Shown here: piece after piece, positions 8,085-16,577 of the stretch
How the letters are laid out: each line of letters starts with the position of its first letter
Position numbering within the stretch: the first letter of the stretch is position 1
Assembly: GCA_043813605.1 (NCBI GenBank)
Contig: JBDRKX010000017.1
Location: 1 to 26,605 of the forward strand
Direction: 5' to 3'
Length of the DNA: 26,605 bases
DNA from: Elusimicrobiota bacterium
GTDB lineage: Bacteria; CG03; SLGR01; JBDRKX01
Translations under genes and position numbers: made by a program
Notes under the pieces: model-generated
What the model was told of the DNA's origin: nothing
The model's input: only the letters and a program-made list of their open reading frames with translations
Databases searched by the model: none

Positions 8085-9175
8085 TAGGTCGTCCCGCTGC
8101 CCGATTTTATCCCCCTCAGCCTCAACAACAGGTCTTCGGGATTAGTCGCCGCCCGTTTAGCGTCTTCTATATCGACCTTTTCCGCCCGGCAGAGTTTTTC
8201 AAGAGCCTGGTTAAATGTCTGCATACCGTAATAATCGCCTTTTTCCAACTGCTCCGATATAGAAGAAAAATCGTTCTCTTCTATCAAATTCCTTATAAGT
8301 GAAGTGGCGACGAGTACTTCGACTGCAGGTATCATGCCTTCCCCATTCTTTTTGGGAAGCAGCCGCTGTGAGATCACGGCACAGAGACTGTCGGCGAGCT
8401 GCAGCCGGATCTGGTTCTGCTGGAACGGAGGATAGATATCCACGATCCTTGTTACTGTCTGCATGGCGTCAATAGTGTGTATTGTCGACAGGACAAGGTG
8501 TCCCGTCTGCGCGGATGTCAGAGCGGCGGACATCGTCTCCATGTCTCTCATCTCACCTATGAATATCACGTCAGGATCCTGCCTTACTATGTTCCTGAGC
8601 GCATCGTTATAGGAAAAAGTGTCTATACCGAGTTCCCGCTGTGCGACGATACTCTTGTTGTCCTTGTGTATATATTCGATAGGATCCTCTACTGTTATTA
8701 TATGTTTGGAAGCGTTCTTGTTGATATAGTCTATCATGGCTGCCAGCGTTGTAGATTTTCCGCTTCCTGTTGTACCGGTAACAAGTACAAGGCCTCTCGA
8801 CGACAGCGATATTTTTTTCAGGCTTTCCGGCAGATCAAGTTCATCTATGCTCTTTACCACCGAAGGTATGAGCCTGAGCGCAAGATTGGTTACGCCGCGC
8901 TGTTTGAATACATTGATCCTGAATCTTGCTGTTCCTTCCAGGTTATACGCTAGGTCAACCTCATACCTTTTCTTGAATTCATTAAACTGTTCTTCACTGC
9001 AGAGTTCGGCCGCGATATTATCAGTATCTTCCGGGGTCAGTTCCGGCTGGTTTACCGGTTTAAGATCTCCGTTTATCCTCAGTATCGGTTTTGAACCCGG
9101 CCTGAGATGCATATCAGATGCCTTTAATTCCGACATACCTTTCAGAAGAGCAAGTATTCTTTCTTTTGTATTCAT
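8084..9175 (-). CDS. pilT: Type IV pilus retraction ATPase, PilT/PilU family
   Basis: ASDMHL, RFRINVF, Walker A GTTGSGKST, TVEDPIE, Walker B DPDVIFIGEMRD, His box TGHLVLSTIH, LIRNLIEE (AIRNLIRE-like) and GMQT. Confidence 0.9.
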   Translation of the reverse strand: MNTKERILALLKGMSELKASDMHLRPGSKPILRINGDLKPVNQPELTPEDTDNIAAELCSEEQFNEFKKRYEVDLAYNLEGTARFRINVFKQRGVTNLALRLIPSVVKSIDELDLPESLKKISLSSRGLVLVTGTTGSGKSTTLAAMIDYINKNASKHIITVEDPIEYIHKDNKSIVAQRELGIDTFSYNDALRNIVRQDPDVIFIGEMRDMETMSAALTSAQTGHLVLSTIHTIDAMQTVTRIVDIYPPFQQNQIRLQLADSLCAVISQRLLPKKNGEGMIPAVEVLVATSLIRNLIEENDFSSISEQLEKGDYYGMQTFNQALEKLCRAEKVDIEDAKRAATNPEDLLLRLRGIKSGSGTT

Positions 9176-10260
9176 TATTTTTTCTCTTTATTACGTTTGA
9201 GGTATGACGGGAACTTGATCGATATGCCGGCTTTTGCTTCTTCAATAGCTACCGGGGTTTTTGCCGCATGCTTCTCTACACCGGCAGGCGAACTGGACCT
9301 TTTCTTGCAGCCGGTCGCTATAACAGTTATCTTTATCTCGTTTTCAAGGCTGGCATCTATCGTGTGTCCGAAAAACACATCCGCTTCGGGAGAAACCGAA
9401 CTGTGTATCAGCTTCATGGCAGCCTCTATCTCGAACATTGTCATGCCTTTATTGCCTGTAACATTTACAAGGAGTCCCTCTGCACCTTCGATCGAAACAT
9501 CCTCCAGCAAAGGAGAAGTTATGGCTGTCCGGGCGGCTTTTACCGCACGGTCCTCACCCTCACCGAATCCCAGTCCCATAATAGCCTCACCGGCATTCAG
9601 CATTACGCTCTTAACATCCGCGAAATCTACGTTTATCACACCTTTTGTAGTTATTATATCCGATATGCTCTGCACCGCCTGCCTGAGAACGTCATCTGCG
9701 ACTTTGAATGTCTCAAGCGCGGTCGTATCTTCTTTTATTACCGAAAAAAGCTTCTGGTTAGGGATGACAAGCAGTGTATCTACATTCTTCCTGAGCTTCT
9801 CGAGACCTTCGATGGCTCTTTGATGTCTCTTTTTTCCTTCAAACATAAAAGGTTTTGTAACTACGCCTACTGTCAGAGCGCCCAGTTCTTTTGCAATCTT
9901 GGCTATAATAGGCGCAGCGCCCGTACCCGTACCGCCGCCGAAACCCGCTGTTATAAAAATCATGTCCGAGCCGCTGAGTGATTCCTTTATGGTTGCACTG
10001 TCTTCAATTGCAGCTTGTTCACCGACACTGGGGTTTCCGCCCGCTCCCAGTCCCTTGGTCAGATGTTCACCCAGCTGAAACCTGACACCGGCAAGTGAAT
10101 CCTGCAGCGCCTGGGCGTCTGTATTGGCAGCAATGAAATCTACACCCTTTATCCCCGCCTCGATCATCCGGTTTACGGCATTACCGCCGCCGCCGCCCAC
10201 GCCTATGACAGTTATACTGGCATTTCCTATCGGATCCTTTTCTTCTATTGTTATTACCAT
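9175..10260 (-). CDS. ftsZ: Cell division protein FtsZ
   Basis: GVGGGGGNAVNRM, NTDAQAL, GLGAGGNP, tubulin signature GGGTGTG, T7 loop INVDFADV and TVIATG. Confidence 0.99.
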   Translation of the reverse strand: MVITIEEKDPIGNASITVIGVGGGGGNAVNRMIEAGIKGVDFIAANTDAQALQDSLAGVRFQLGEHLTKGLGAGGNPSVGEQAAIEDSATIKESLSGSDMIFITAGFGGGTGTGAAPIIAKIAKELGALTVGVVTKPFMFEGKKRHQRAIEGLEKLRKNVDTLLVIPNQKLFSVIKEDTTALETFKVADDVLRQAVQSISDIITTKGVINVDFADVKSVMLNAGEAIMGLGFGEGEDRAVKAARTAITSPLLEDVSIEGAEGLLVNVTGNKGMTMFEIEAAMKLIHSSVSPEADVFFGHTIDASLENEIKITVIATGCKKRSSSPAGVEKHAAKTPVAIEEAKAGISIKFPSYLKRNKEKK

Positions 10261-10268
10261 ATTTTTTA

Positions 10269-10273
10269 CTCCT
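10269..10273 (-). promoter_or_regulatory. Shine-Dalgarno site of ftsZ
   Basis: AGGAG 8 nt upstream of the ftsZ ATG (AGGAGTAAAAAATATG). Confidence 0.75.
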
Positions 10274-10312
10274 GATATAACCGGCTGACTTAAGAACCGG
10301 TGCTGCTATTTT

Positions 10313-11533
10313 TCAGAACATGTCATCGAACCAGGCTTTGATCTTGTCCCAGACTCCCCGCGGAGCCACACCCATCCTGCCTGACTCTTCTGTATTAATG
10401 GAATATTCCATGAGTCCCAGCGCTGTAGCGTATTTTGGAGAATTGATCATTTCGAATTTTCCGCCCACTCCGCGCGGCCTTCCCAGCCTAACCTGAAAAT
10501 TCTGCAGCTTTTCTTTTATAGCTTTATCAATCCCCTTAAGCTCTGCACCGCCGCCTGAGAGTATGATCCCGCCGGGAACCATCTGCTGCTGTCCGCTCTT
10601 TGTGATCTCACGCGATATAAAATCTATGATGTCATCCACTCTCGGATTTATTATCTTGTTTATCTGTTCCAGTGTGGCCTTGTTGCGGGACTGGCCGTCA
10701 ACTCCTATGTACTCGATCTCCATATCAAGTGAATCCTCAGGAAAAGCGCAACCGTAATCTTCCTTGATCCTTTTTGCTTCTTTCAGGGAAGTCTTGAGCC
10801 CGTGAGCCAGGTCATAAGTTATGTAGTCCGCACCCAGATCGATCTCACTTATGTAATTCAACGCACCGTCTATGAAAACCGCGATATTTATGGTCTGAGC
10901 ACCGATATCCACGCTGAGGCATCCGAGTTCCTTCTCTTCTTTCGCTACAACAGCGTGTGAAGGCGCAAGAATGGACGAGACTTTACCGGATATGCCCAAT
11001 CCCGTTCTTGTTATGCATTTGTCCAGGTTATTTATAGGTGCCGATGCACCCGTGATGAGCATAACTTCGACTTCTATGTGGTTACCTTCCATCCCGACAG
11101 GTATCTCGACACCCTGCTGGTTATCAACTTTAAAATCAAGCGGTATTGAATGGATTATCTGCCTGTCGGAACTGAGAGGTACTGCCCTGGCGGAAGTTAT
11201 TACCCTTTCAACATCTTCTTCAGTGATCTCTCTGTCAGAATGAGCGATCTTGGCCGCGCCCTGATGACGATGTCCCTCTATGTGACTGCCGTTCACACTC
11301 ACATATACGTCTTTCACCTTTACTTCAGCAGCCTTTTCGGCTTTTTCTACAGCTTTGACTATGGCCCTGTTTGTGCTTTCTATGTTTACAACTACGCCAT
11401 GTTTGAGTCCTGAACAGTCCTCTTCACCCACACCCATGATATTAAGCTGTCCCTCCAGTGAGTTGTAACTGGCAATAACCGCACAGACTTTGCTTGAACC
11501 TACATCTAAACCGCAGTATATTTTATCTTTCAT
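10313..11533 (-). CDS. ftsA: Cell division protein FtsA
   Basis: GLDVGSSKV, GLKHGVVVNIE, PVGMEG, VDIGAQT, LSGGGAELKGI and C-terminal amphipathic membrane helix GVWDKIKAWFDDMF. Confidence 0.97.
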   Translation of the reverse strand: MKDKIYCGLDVGSSKVCAVIASYNSLEGQLNIMGVGEEDCSGLKHGVVVNIESTNRAIVKAVEKAEKAAEVKVKDVYVSVNGSHIEGHRHQGAAKIAHSDREITEEDVERVITSARAVPLSSDRQIIHSIPLDFKVDNQQGVEIPVGMEGNHIEVEVMLITGASAPINNLDKCITRTGLGISGKVSSILAPSHAVVAKEEKELGCLSVDIGAQTINIAVFIDGALNYISEIDLGADYITYDLAHGLKTSLKEAKRIKEDYGCAFPEDSLDMEIEYIGVDGQSRNKATLEQINKIINPRVDDIIDFISREITKSGQQQMVPGGIILSGGGAELKGIDKAIKEKLQNFQVRLGRPRGVGGKFEMINSPKYATALGLMEYSINTEESGRMGVAPRGVWDKIKAWFDDMF

Positions 11534-11534
11534 A

Positions 11535-12290
11535 TTATTTTACTATGAGTGCTCCTTCTATTTTTTCATTTACAAACCGGACAAATCTCAGATCCACATA
11601 CGTTATCTTTTTGGCCAGTCTGCTGTACTCCTCTTCTATCTTGTCCAATAAATAGATATTCTTTTCTATTACCAGATCGTCTATTTTGGAAACTTCCGGC
11701 CACTTACTGTAAAAATCCCTCAAGTAGACAATGATCTCATCCCTGTAATTACAGTCCAGTGCGATTATCTTCCTGTGAAAACCTTCATTCAATGTCCCGA
11801 TCCTCATCAGGAATTTGCCGAGCTTCTCTACTTTTTCAGCATCTGCAGGCCTGAATTCGATCGCAGGCCCTTCAAGTCCGGGAAAAATATTCCTGTCAGG
11901 ACAGACCACATATCTCTTTTCGTCTTTGATCTGGTAGCCTATCGGTGTATCTTCCTGTATCTCGATCTTAATAACATTCGGAAAATCCCTGATTATGGAA
12001 GCCGCCTTTATCCTTGGAAAGGATTCCAGTCTCTCTTCCAGGTCAGAAACTTTTATAGCCAGAATATTCTCGCCATATCTGATACCGAGTATATCGAGTA
12101 TCATATTATCGGAAACCATATTGTTTCCCGTGATCTCTATCTGGTCGGGATCAATACCGAGCCTGTCCATTCTCAGAAGTATATCCCAGGCGATCTTCCC
12201 GGCTATCGAGATCACAAGTATGAGAAAGATCAATTTCTTTAACGCCCCGGTTATACCCCGGCGCCTATTTTTTTGCTGACGTACTTTCAA
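11535..12290 (-). CDS. ftsQ: Cell division protein FtsQ/DivIB
   Basis: Basic N-terminus, one TM segment, POTRA-like IEITGNNMVS...FPRIKAASIIRDFPNVIKIEIQE and C-terminal YVDLRF. Lies between ddl and ftsA. Start is uncertain (TTG 12290 or TTG 12320). Confidence 0.85.
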   Translation of the reverse strand: MKVRQQKNRRRGITGALKKLIFLILVISIAGKIAWDILLRMDRLGIDPDQIEITGNNMVSDNMILDILGIRYGENILAIKVSDLEERLESFPRIKAASIIRDFPNVIKIEIQEDTPIGYQIKDEKRYVVCPDRNIFPGLEGPAIEFRPADAEKVEKLGKFLMRIGTLNEGFHRKIIALDCNYRDEIIVYLRDFYSKWPEVSKIDDLVIEKNIYLLDKIEEEYSRLAKKITYVDLRFVRFVNEKIEGALIVK

Positions 12291-13197
12291 GGATGCCTTT
12301 AACCAGTGTATTAAAATCAATGCCTGCCAGTTCTGCGGCTTCAGGAAGAAGGCTCGTTTCGGTCATCCCCGGGATAGTATTTATCTCAAGGATATAAAAA
12401 TTCTTCCCGTCCAGCCTGAAATCAACTCTGGCCATCGTACTACATCCCGTCACCCTGAATGCCAGTTCAGCCGCCGCCTGTATATCATCATATAAACCGG
12501 CGGCAATATCCTCTACAGGATAATGTTTTGACATCCCGATCTGGTATTTCGCAGTATAGTCATAAAAATCCGTCATGGATTCGATTTCAAGCAGCGGAAG
12601 CGCACGGCCGTTCAGTACACCGACAGTAATCTCTCTTCCCGGTATATATTCTTCCGCCATTACGCCGTCATTTTCGCAGCCGCTTTGTTCGGAAGATATG
12701 CGGGCTTTTTCAAAAGCTTCCGGCACACCTTCCTTATCCCGTACGATAGTCGTAGCGATCGTAGATCCTCCCATTACGGGTTTGACTACCAGCGGGACAT
12801 CGATTTCGAGACTGTCTGCACTTTCCATCAACTGCCATCCGGGCGATGGAATATTATGATATTTAAAGATCTTCTTGCTGAAAACCTTGTTCATACAGAC
12901 AGCGGATGCGAGCACGCCGCTTCCGGTATAGGGGATATCCAGAGTATCAAGAAGCCCCTGTATGGAGCCGTTTTCCCCTTTCCCGCCATGCATGGCGATA
13001 AATACCATGTCATAGTTCCCGGAAGCCAGGACTTTTACAAAATCACCTTCTGCCTGTACAGTGCCGAACTCCACACCGAGTTCGGTCAATGCTTTTTCTA
13101 TGGATCTGGCTGTTGAATAGGCCACTTCTTTTTCCGCTGATTCTCCACCGGTAAGGACCGCAACTCTGCCAAAACCTTTCAAAGAACTCTCACTCAT
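12265..13197 (-). CDS. ddl: D-alanine--D-alanine ligase
   Basis: VAVLTGGESAEKEV, MHGGKGENGSIQG, PYTGSG, FYDYTAKY, RVDFR and LEINTIPGMTETSLLP. Start likely ATG 13197 rather than the track's 13227. Confidence 0.95.
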   Translation of the reverse strand: MSESSLKGFGRVAVLTGGESAEKEVAYSTARSIEKALTELGVEFGTVQAEGDFVKVLASGNYDMVFIAMHGGKGENGSIQGLLDTLDIPYTGSGVLASAVCMNKVFSKKIFKYHNIPSPGWQLMESADSLEIDVPLVVKPVMGGSTIATTIVRDKEGVPEAFEKARISSEQSGCENDGVMAEEYIPGREITVGVLNGRALPLLEIESMTDFYDYTAKYQIGMSKHYPVEDIAAGLYDDIQAAAELAFRVTGCSTMARVDFRLDGKNFYILEINTIPGMTETSLLPEAAELAGIDFNTLVKGILESTSAKK

Positions 13198-14077
13198 CAA
13201 AACCTTCTCCAAGCAGCCGGATCTCAAGTTTCATATCCACGCCGAATTTTTCCCTCACACTGATCCTGACTTTTTTTATAAGATTCCAGATATCTGCAGA
13301 TGTCGCTCCGCCACTGTTAATTATATAATTCGCATGTGAATCAGATATCCGCGCGCCGCCTTCTTCAATACCTTTGAACCCGGCCATTTCGATCAGCCTG
13401 CCGGCTGATGTCTTTCCGTTATCGGGATTTTTAAAAACGCATCCGCAGCTTTTTTCCCGGACAGGCTGCGTTGCTCTTTTTAACACGATATTTTGCCTGA
13501 TTTTTTCTATTATATCAGTTTTAATTCCAGTTTTCAAATCAAATACAGCCTCGGTCAGTATGTTTCTTTCAGGCAGTTCAGTACCCCTGTATTTAAACCC
13601 TATGTCCTCTTTTTTTATTCTTGTATACGACTGTTCCTCCGGACAGTAGACCTCTATCTCCTTTATATAATCGCCTATAGCGTCTGTCGCAGTTCCGCAG
13701 TTTCCGAGAACCGCTCCGCCGACACTGCCGGGAACACCTCCGAGAAATTCCAGTCCGGTGAATTGCTGCTCAACAATAAACCTTAAGAGTTTCGGGAGTG
13801 TGACGGCCGGTCCTGAAACGACCATATTTTCCTGGAACCTCCTGTAAACATTGCAGAAATTTCCGCTGAGCATCAATACAGTACCGTTAAATCCGCTATC
13901 GCTTATAAGAGTATTGAATCCTTTCCCTATTATGTGCCATTCGCTTTTGCTCTCTTCCAGTTCGTCCACTGTGCATGCAAGTTCTTCCTTTGTTTCGACC
14001 TCTATAAAATGCCGCGCATTCCCGCCGCATCGGTAACCTGAAAATCTGCTAAGGTCAATATTTGAAAGTTTATTCAT
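13190..14077 (-). CDS. murB: UDP-N-acetylenolpyruvoylglucosamine reductase
   Basis: GGNA, GLEFLGGVPGSVGGA, FKYR, QP...SCGCVFKNP, AGRLIE and HANYIIN. Lies between murC and ddl. Confidence 0.92.
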   Translation of the reverse strand: MNKLSNIDLSRFSGYRCGGNARHFIEVETKEELACTVDELEESKSEWHIIGKGFNTLISDSGFNGTVLMLSGNFCNVYRRFQENMVVSGPAVTLPKLLRFIVEQQFTGLEFLGGVPGSVGGAVLGNCGTATDAIGDYIKEIEVYCPEEQSYTRIKKEDIGFKYRGTELPERNILTEAVFDLKTGIKTDIIEKIRQNIVLKRATQPVREKSCGCVFKNPDNGKTSAGRLIEMAGFKGIEEGGARISDSHANYIINSGGATSADIWNLIKKVRISVREKFGVDMKLEIRLLGEGFDE

Positions 14078-15464
14078 CGCGATCCGGTTTCACGGCAGTT
14101 ACATTCCTTCTCTTCAAAAGGCTTTCTAATATCTTGTATATGTCGCCCGCGCCCAGAGTCACACAGATATCACCGGGTCTCAGGAAAGAATTAACATTGT
14201 CAGTCAACTCACATATATCCGGTATATATTTGACTTTACTCTTATCTTCAAACTCATCTATAATGGACATGCTGGAAACACCTTCAATTGCAATTTCACC
14301 GGCAGGGTATATGTCTGTTATGTAAATATAATCAGCTATTGAAAGGCTCCCGGGAAACTTTTTCGACAGGTTTCTCGTACGGGTATACCGGTGAGGCTGA
14401 AATACCGCTATAAGCCTGGAATCCGGATATATCTCTTTGAGGCTTTTCATTGAAAGTGCGATCTCTGTAGGATGATGCGCGTAATCATCATAAAAGATAA
14501 CCCCTCCCGCCTCTCCCATCTTTTCCAGTCTCCTTCCGACACCACGGTATTGCAGAAGGGCATCAGAAATTACTTTAAAATCTATGCCCATCTCGAGCGC
14601 TGTCGCGCAGGCAGCAAGTGAATTAGTGACATTATGCATACCGGAACACATAACTGCGATCTCTCCTACCTCCCGGCCTTCTTTAATGACTTTATAAACT
14701 GATCTCTCCGGACCCAGCGAAATATCCGAAGCACGATAATCACATTTTTCTCCCAGCCCGTATGTCCTGTACGGCCTGTTTAAAAGCGGCAGTATGCTCC
14801 TTAAATTCTCATCATCGCCGCAGATCACGGAGAATCCGTAAAAAGGCACTTTGTTGAGAAATTCCGTGAATGTATTTTTAAGTTTATCCATATTGCTGTA
14901 ATAATCCATATGGTCATCATCAATATTCGTGACAATACTTATCGCCGGCGTAAAATGCAGGAAAGACCCGTCGCTCTCATCCGCTTCGGCAACGATATAG
15001 TCTCCACCGCCCAGTTTTGCGTTGGTCTCAAGATTATTGAATCTTCCTCCTATAACCACTGTAGGATCCATTCCTGCATTATAGAGTATCAGTCCTGTCA
15101 TGGACGTCGTCGTAGTCTTGCCGTGCGTACCGGCAATACACAGTGCGTACTTCAGCCGCATCAGTTCAGTAAGCATTTCCGCCCGCGGTATAACAGGTAT
15201 CTTCCTTTCAAGCGCACCGGTGATTTCGGAATTATTCCTGTCTATTGCGGAAGATACTACAACCACATGCGGGTCATCCAGGTTTTCCAGTCTATGACCG
15301 ATGTTTACCACTGCCCCCAGTTTTCTGAGCCTCCTGACATTTTCGGATTCCTGCATGTCCGAACCGCATACATTATAACCCATATTGATCAGTACTTCGG
15401 CTATACCGCACATGCCGCTTCCGCCGATCCCGATAAAATGTATCTTTTTTATTTTTTCAAACAT
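14070..15464 (-). CDS. murC: UDP-N-acetylmuramate--L-alanine ligase
   Basis: HFIGIGGSGM, AGTHGKTTTTSM, EADESDGSF, DDYAHHPTEI and FQPHRYTRT. Confidence 0.98.
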   Translation of the reverse strand: MFEKIKKIHFIGIGGSGMCGIAEVLINMGYNVCGSDMQESENVRRLRKLGAVVNIGHRLENLDDPHVVVVSSAIDRNNSEITGALERKIPVIPRAEMLTELMRLKYALCIAGTHGKTTTTSMTGLILYNAGMDPTVVIGGRFNNLETNAKLGGGDYIVAEADESDGSFLHFTPAISIVTNIDDDHMDYYSNMDKLKNTFTEFLNKVPFYGFSVICGDDENLRSILPLLNRPYRTYGLGEKCDYRASDISLGPERSVYKVIKEGREVGEIAVMCSGMHNVTNSLAACATALEMGIDFKVISDALLQYRGVGRRLEKMGEAGGVIFYDDYAHHPTEIALSMKSLKEIYPDSRLIAVFQPHRYTRTRNLSKKFPGSLSIADYIYITDIYPAGEIAIEGVSSMSIIDEFEDKSKVKYIPDICELTDNVNSFLRPGDICVTLGAGDIYKILESLLKRRNVTAVKPDRDE

Positions 15465-16576
15465 TGTTTTTCTGCCTTTATCTCATTAATGATCACTTCA
15501 GCAAGTTTTTCTGAAGCCTCAATAAACCTCTTTTTTAATGTCATCATTTTCATCGACATTTCTCTTCTCTTTTCGGCATCCCTTATCAGCGGCAGAACTC
15601 TCAATGCCAGTCCCTCTCCGCTCAGTTTTTCCTCATTACAGCATATCGCCCCGCCTATATTACAGAGAGGCAGAGTATTCAGTACCTGATGCTGTGAAGT
15701 AGCTTCCGGATACGGGATCAGTAATGAAGGTATCCCGAGAGCCGTTATCTCGGCCACAGTTGTCGCTCCGGATCTTGCGATAATTATATCAGACGCCGCA
15801 TACGCATACCTGATATCATCAAGATAAGCATAAACATTCGCAGAGAATCCGTATTTGACATATTCCTCTTTGAGCTGGGCGCGATTTTTATTGCCGCAGA
15901 CATGGATGAACTGTACCTGTTCGGCCATACTCTCCAGGTACGGAAGTATCTCTATGATCACGATGTTTATACTCTCGGATCCCAGGGAACCGCCAAACAC
16001 AAAAACTGTGACCTTATCTTTATTCAGACCGAAATGATCCCTGCCTGCATCTTTGTCGACTTCAAAGAGTTCTTTCCTTACAGGATTACCTGTAAGCACG
16101 GTTTTCTTGGCAGGAAAATGCTCTATTGAGGATCTGTATGATACCGCAATACGGTCCGCAAAAGAACCGAGAAACTTATTTGCGAGACCGGGAAAATAGT
16201 TCTGTTCATGAATAACAACCGGGATCTTCAATATGGAAGCACCTATAACCACCGGAACCGAGAGGTATGCACCGAATGCCGCTATACAGTCCGGCTTCCT
16301 CTTTTTAAGAAGTATTATGCACTCTATCAGGCCTATGCTCATTTTTACAAGGAACTTACATATGTTCCAGAACTTCTTCCTGGGTAATGCACAAGCGGTT
16401 ATCCTGGAGGCGCTGTATCCCTTTTGTGAAAGGACTTTGAATGCAAGCGGCCTTTTATCTATTATAAAACTTATCCTGCTGTCAGGATATTTTTCTTTTA
16501 TTTTTTCCGCCAGGGCTATGCCAGGGTATATATGCCCGCCCGTACCCCCAACCGCTATTATAATCTTTTTACTCAC
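15449..16576 (-). CDS. murG: Lipid II GlcNAc transferase MurG
   Basis: GGTGGHIYP, HEQN..PGLAN, TGNPVR, GGSLGS, RSGATTVAE and HQVLN. GTG start. Confidence 0.96.
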   Translation of the reverse strand: MSKKIIIAVGGTGGHIYPGIALAEKIKEKYPDSRISFIIDKRPLAFKVLSQKGYSASRITACALPRKKFWNICKFLVKMSIGLIECIILLKKRKPDCIAAFGAYLSVPVVIGASILKIPVVIHEQNYFPGLANKFLGSFADRIAVSYRSSIEHFPAKKTVLTGNPVRKELFEVDKDAGRDHFGLNKDKVTVFVFGGSLGSESINIVIIEILPYLESMAEQVQFIHVCGNKNRAQLKEEYVKYGFSANVYAYLDDIRYAYAASDIIIARSGATTVAEITALGIPSLLIPYPEATSQHQVLNTLPLCNIGGAICCNEEKLSGEGLALRVLPLIRDAEKRREMSMKMMTLKKRFIEASEKLAEVIINEIKAEKQCLKK

Positions 16577-16577
16577 T

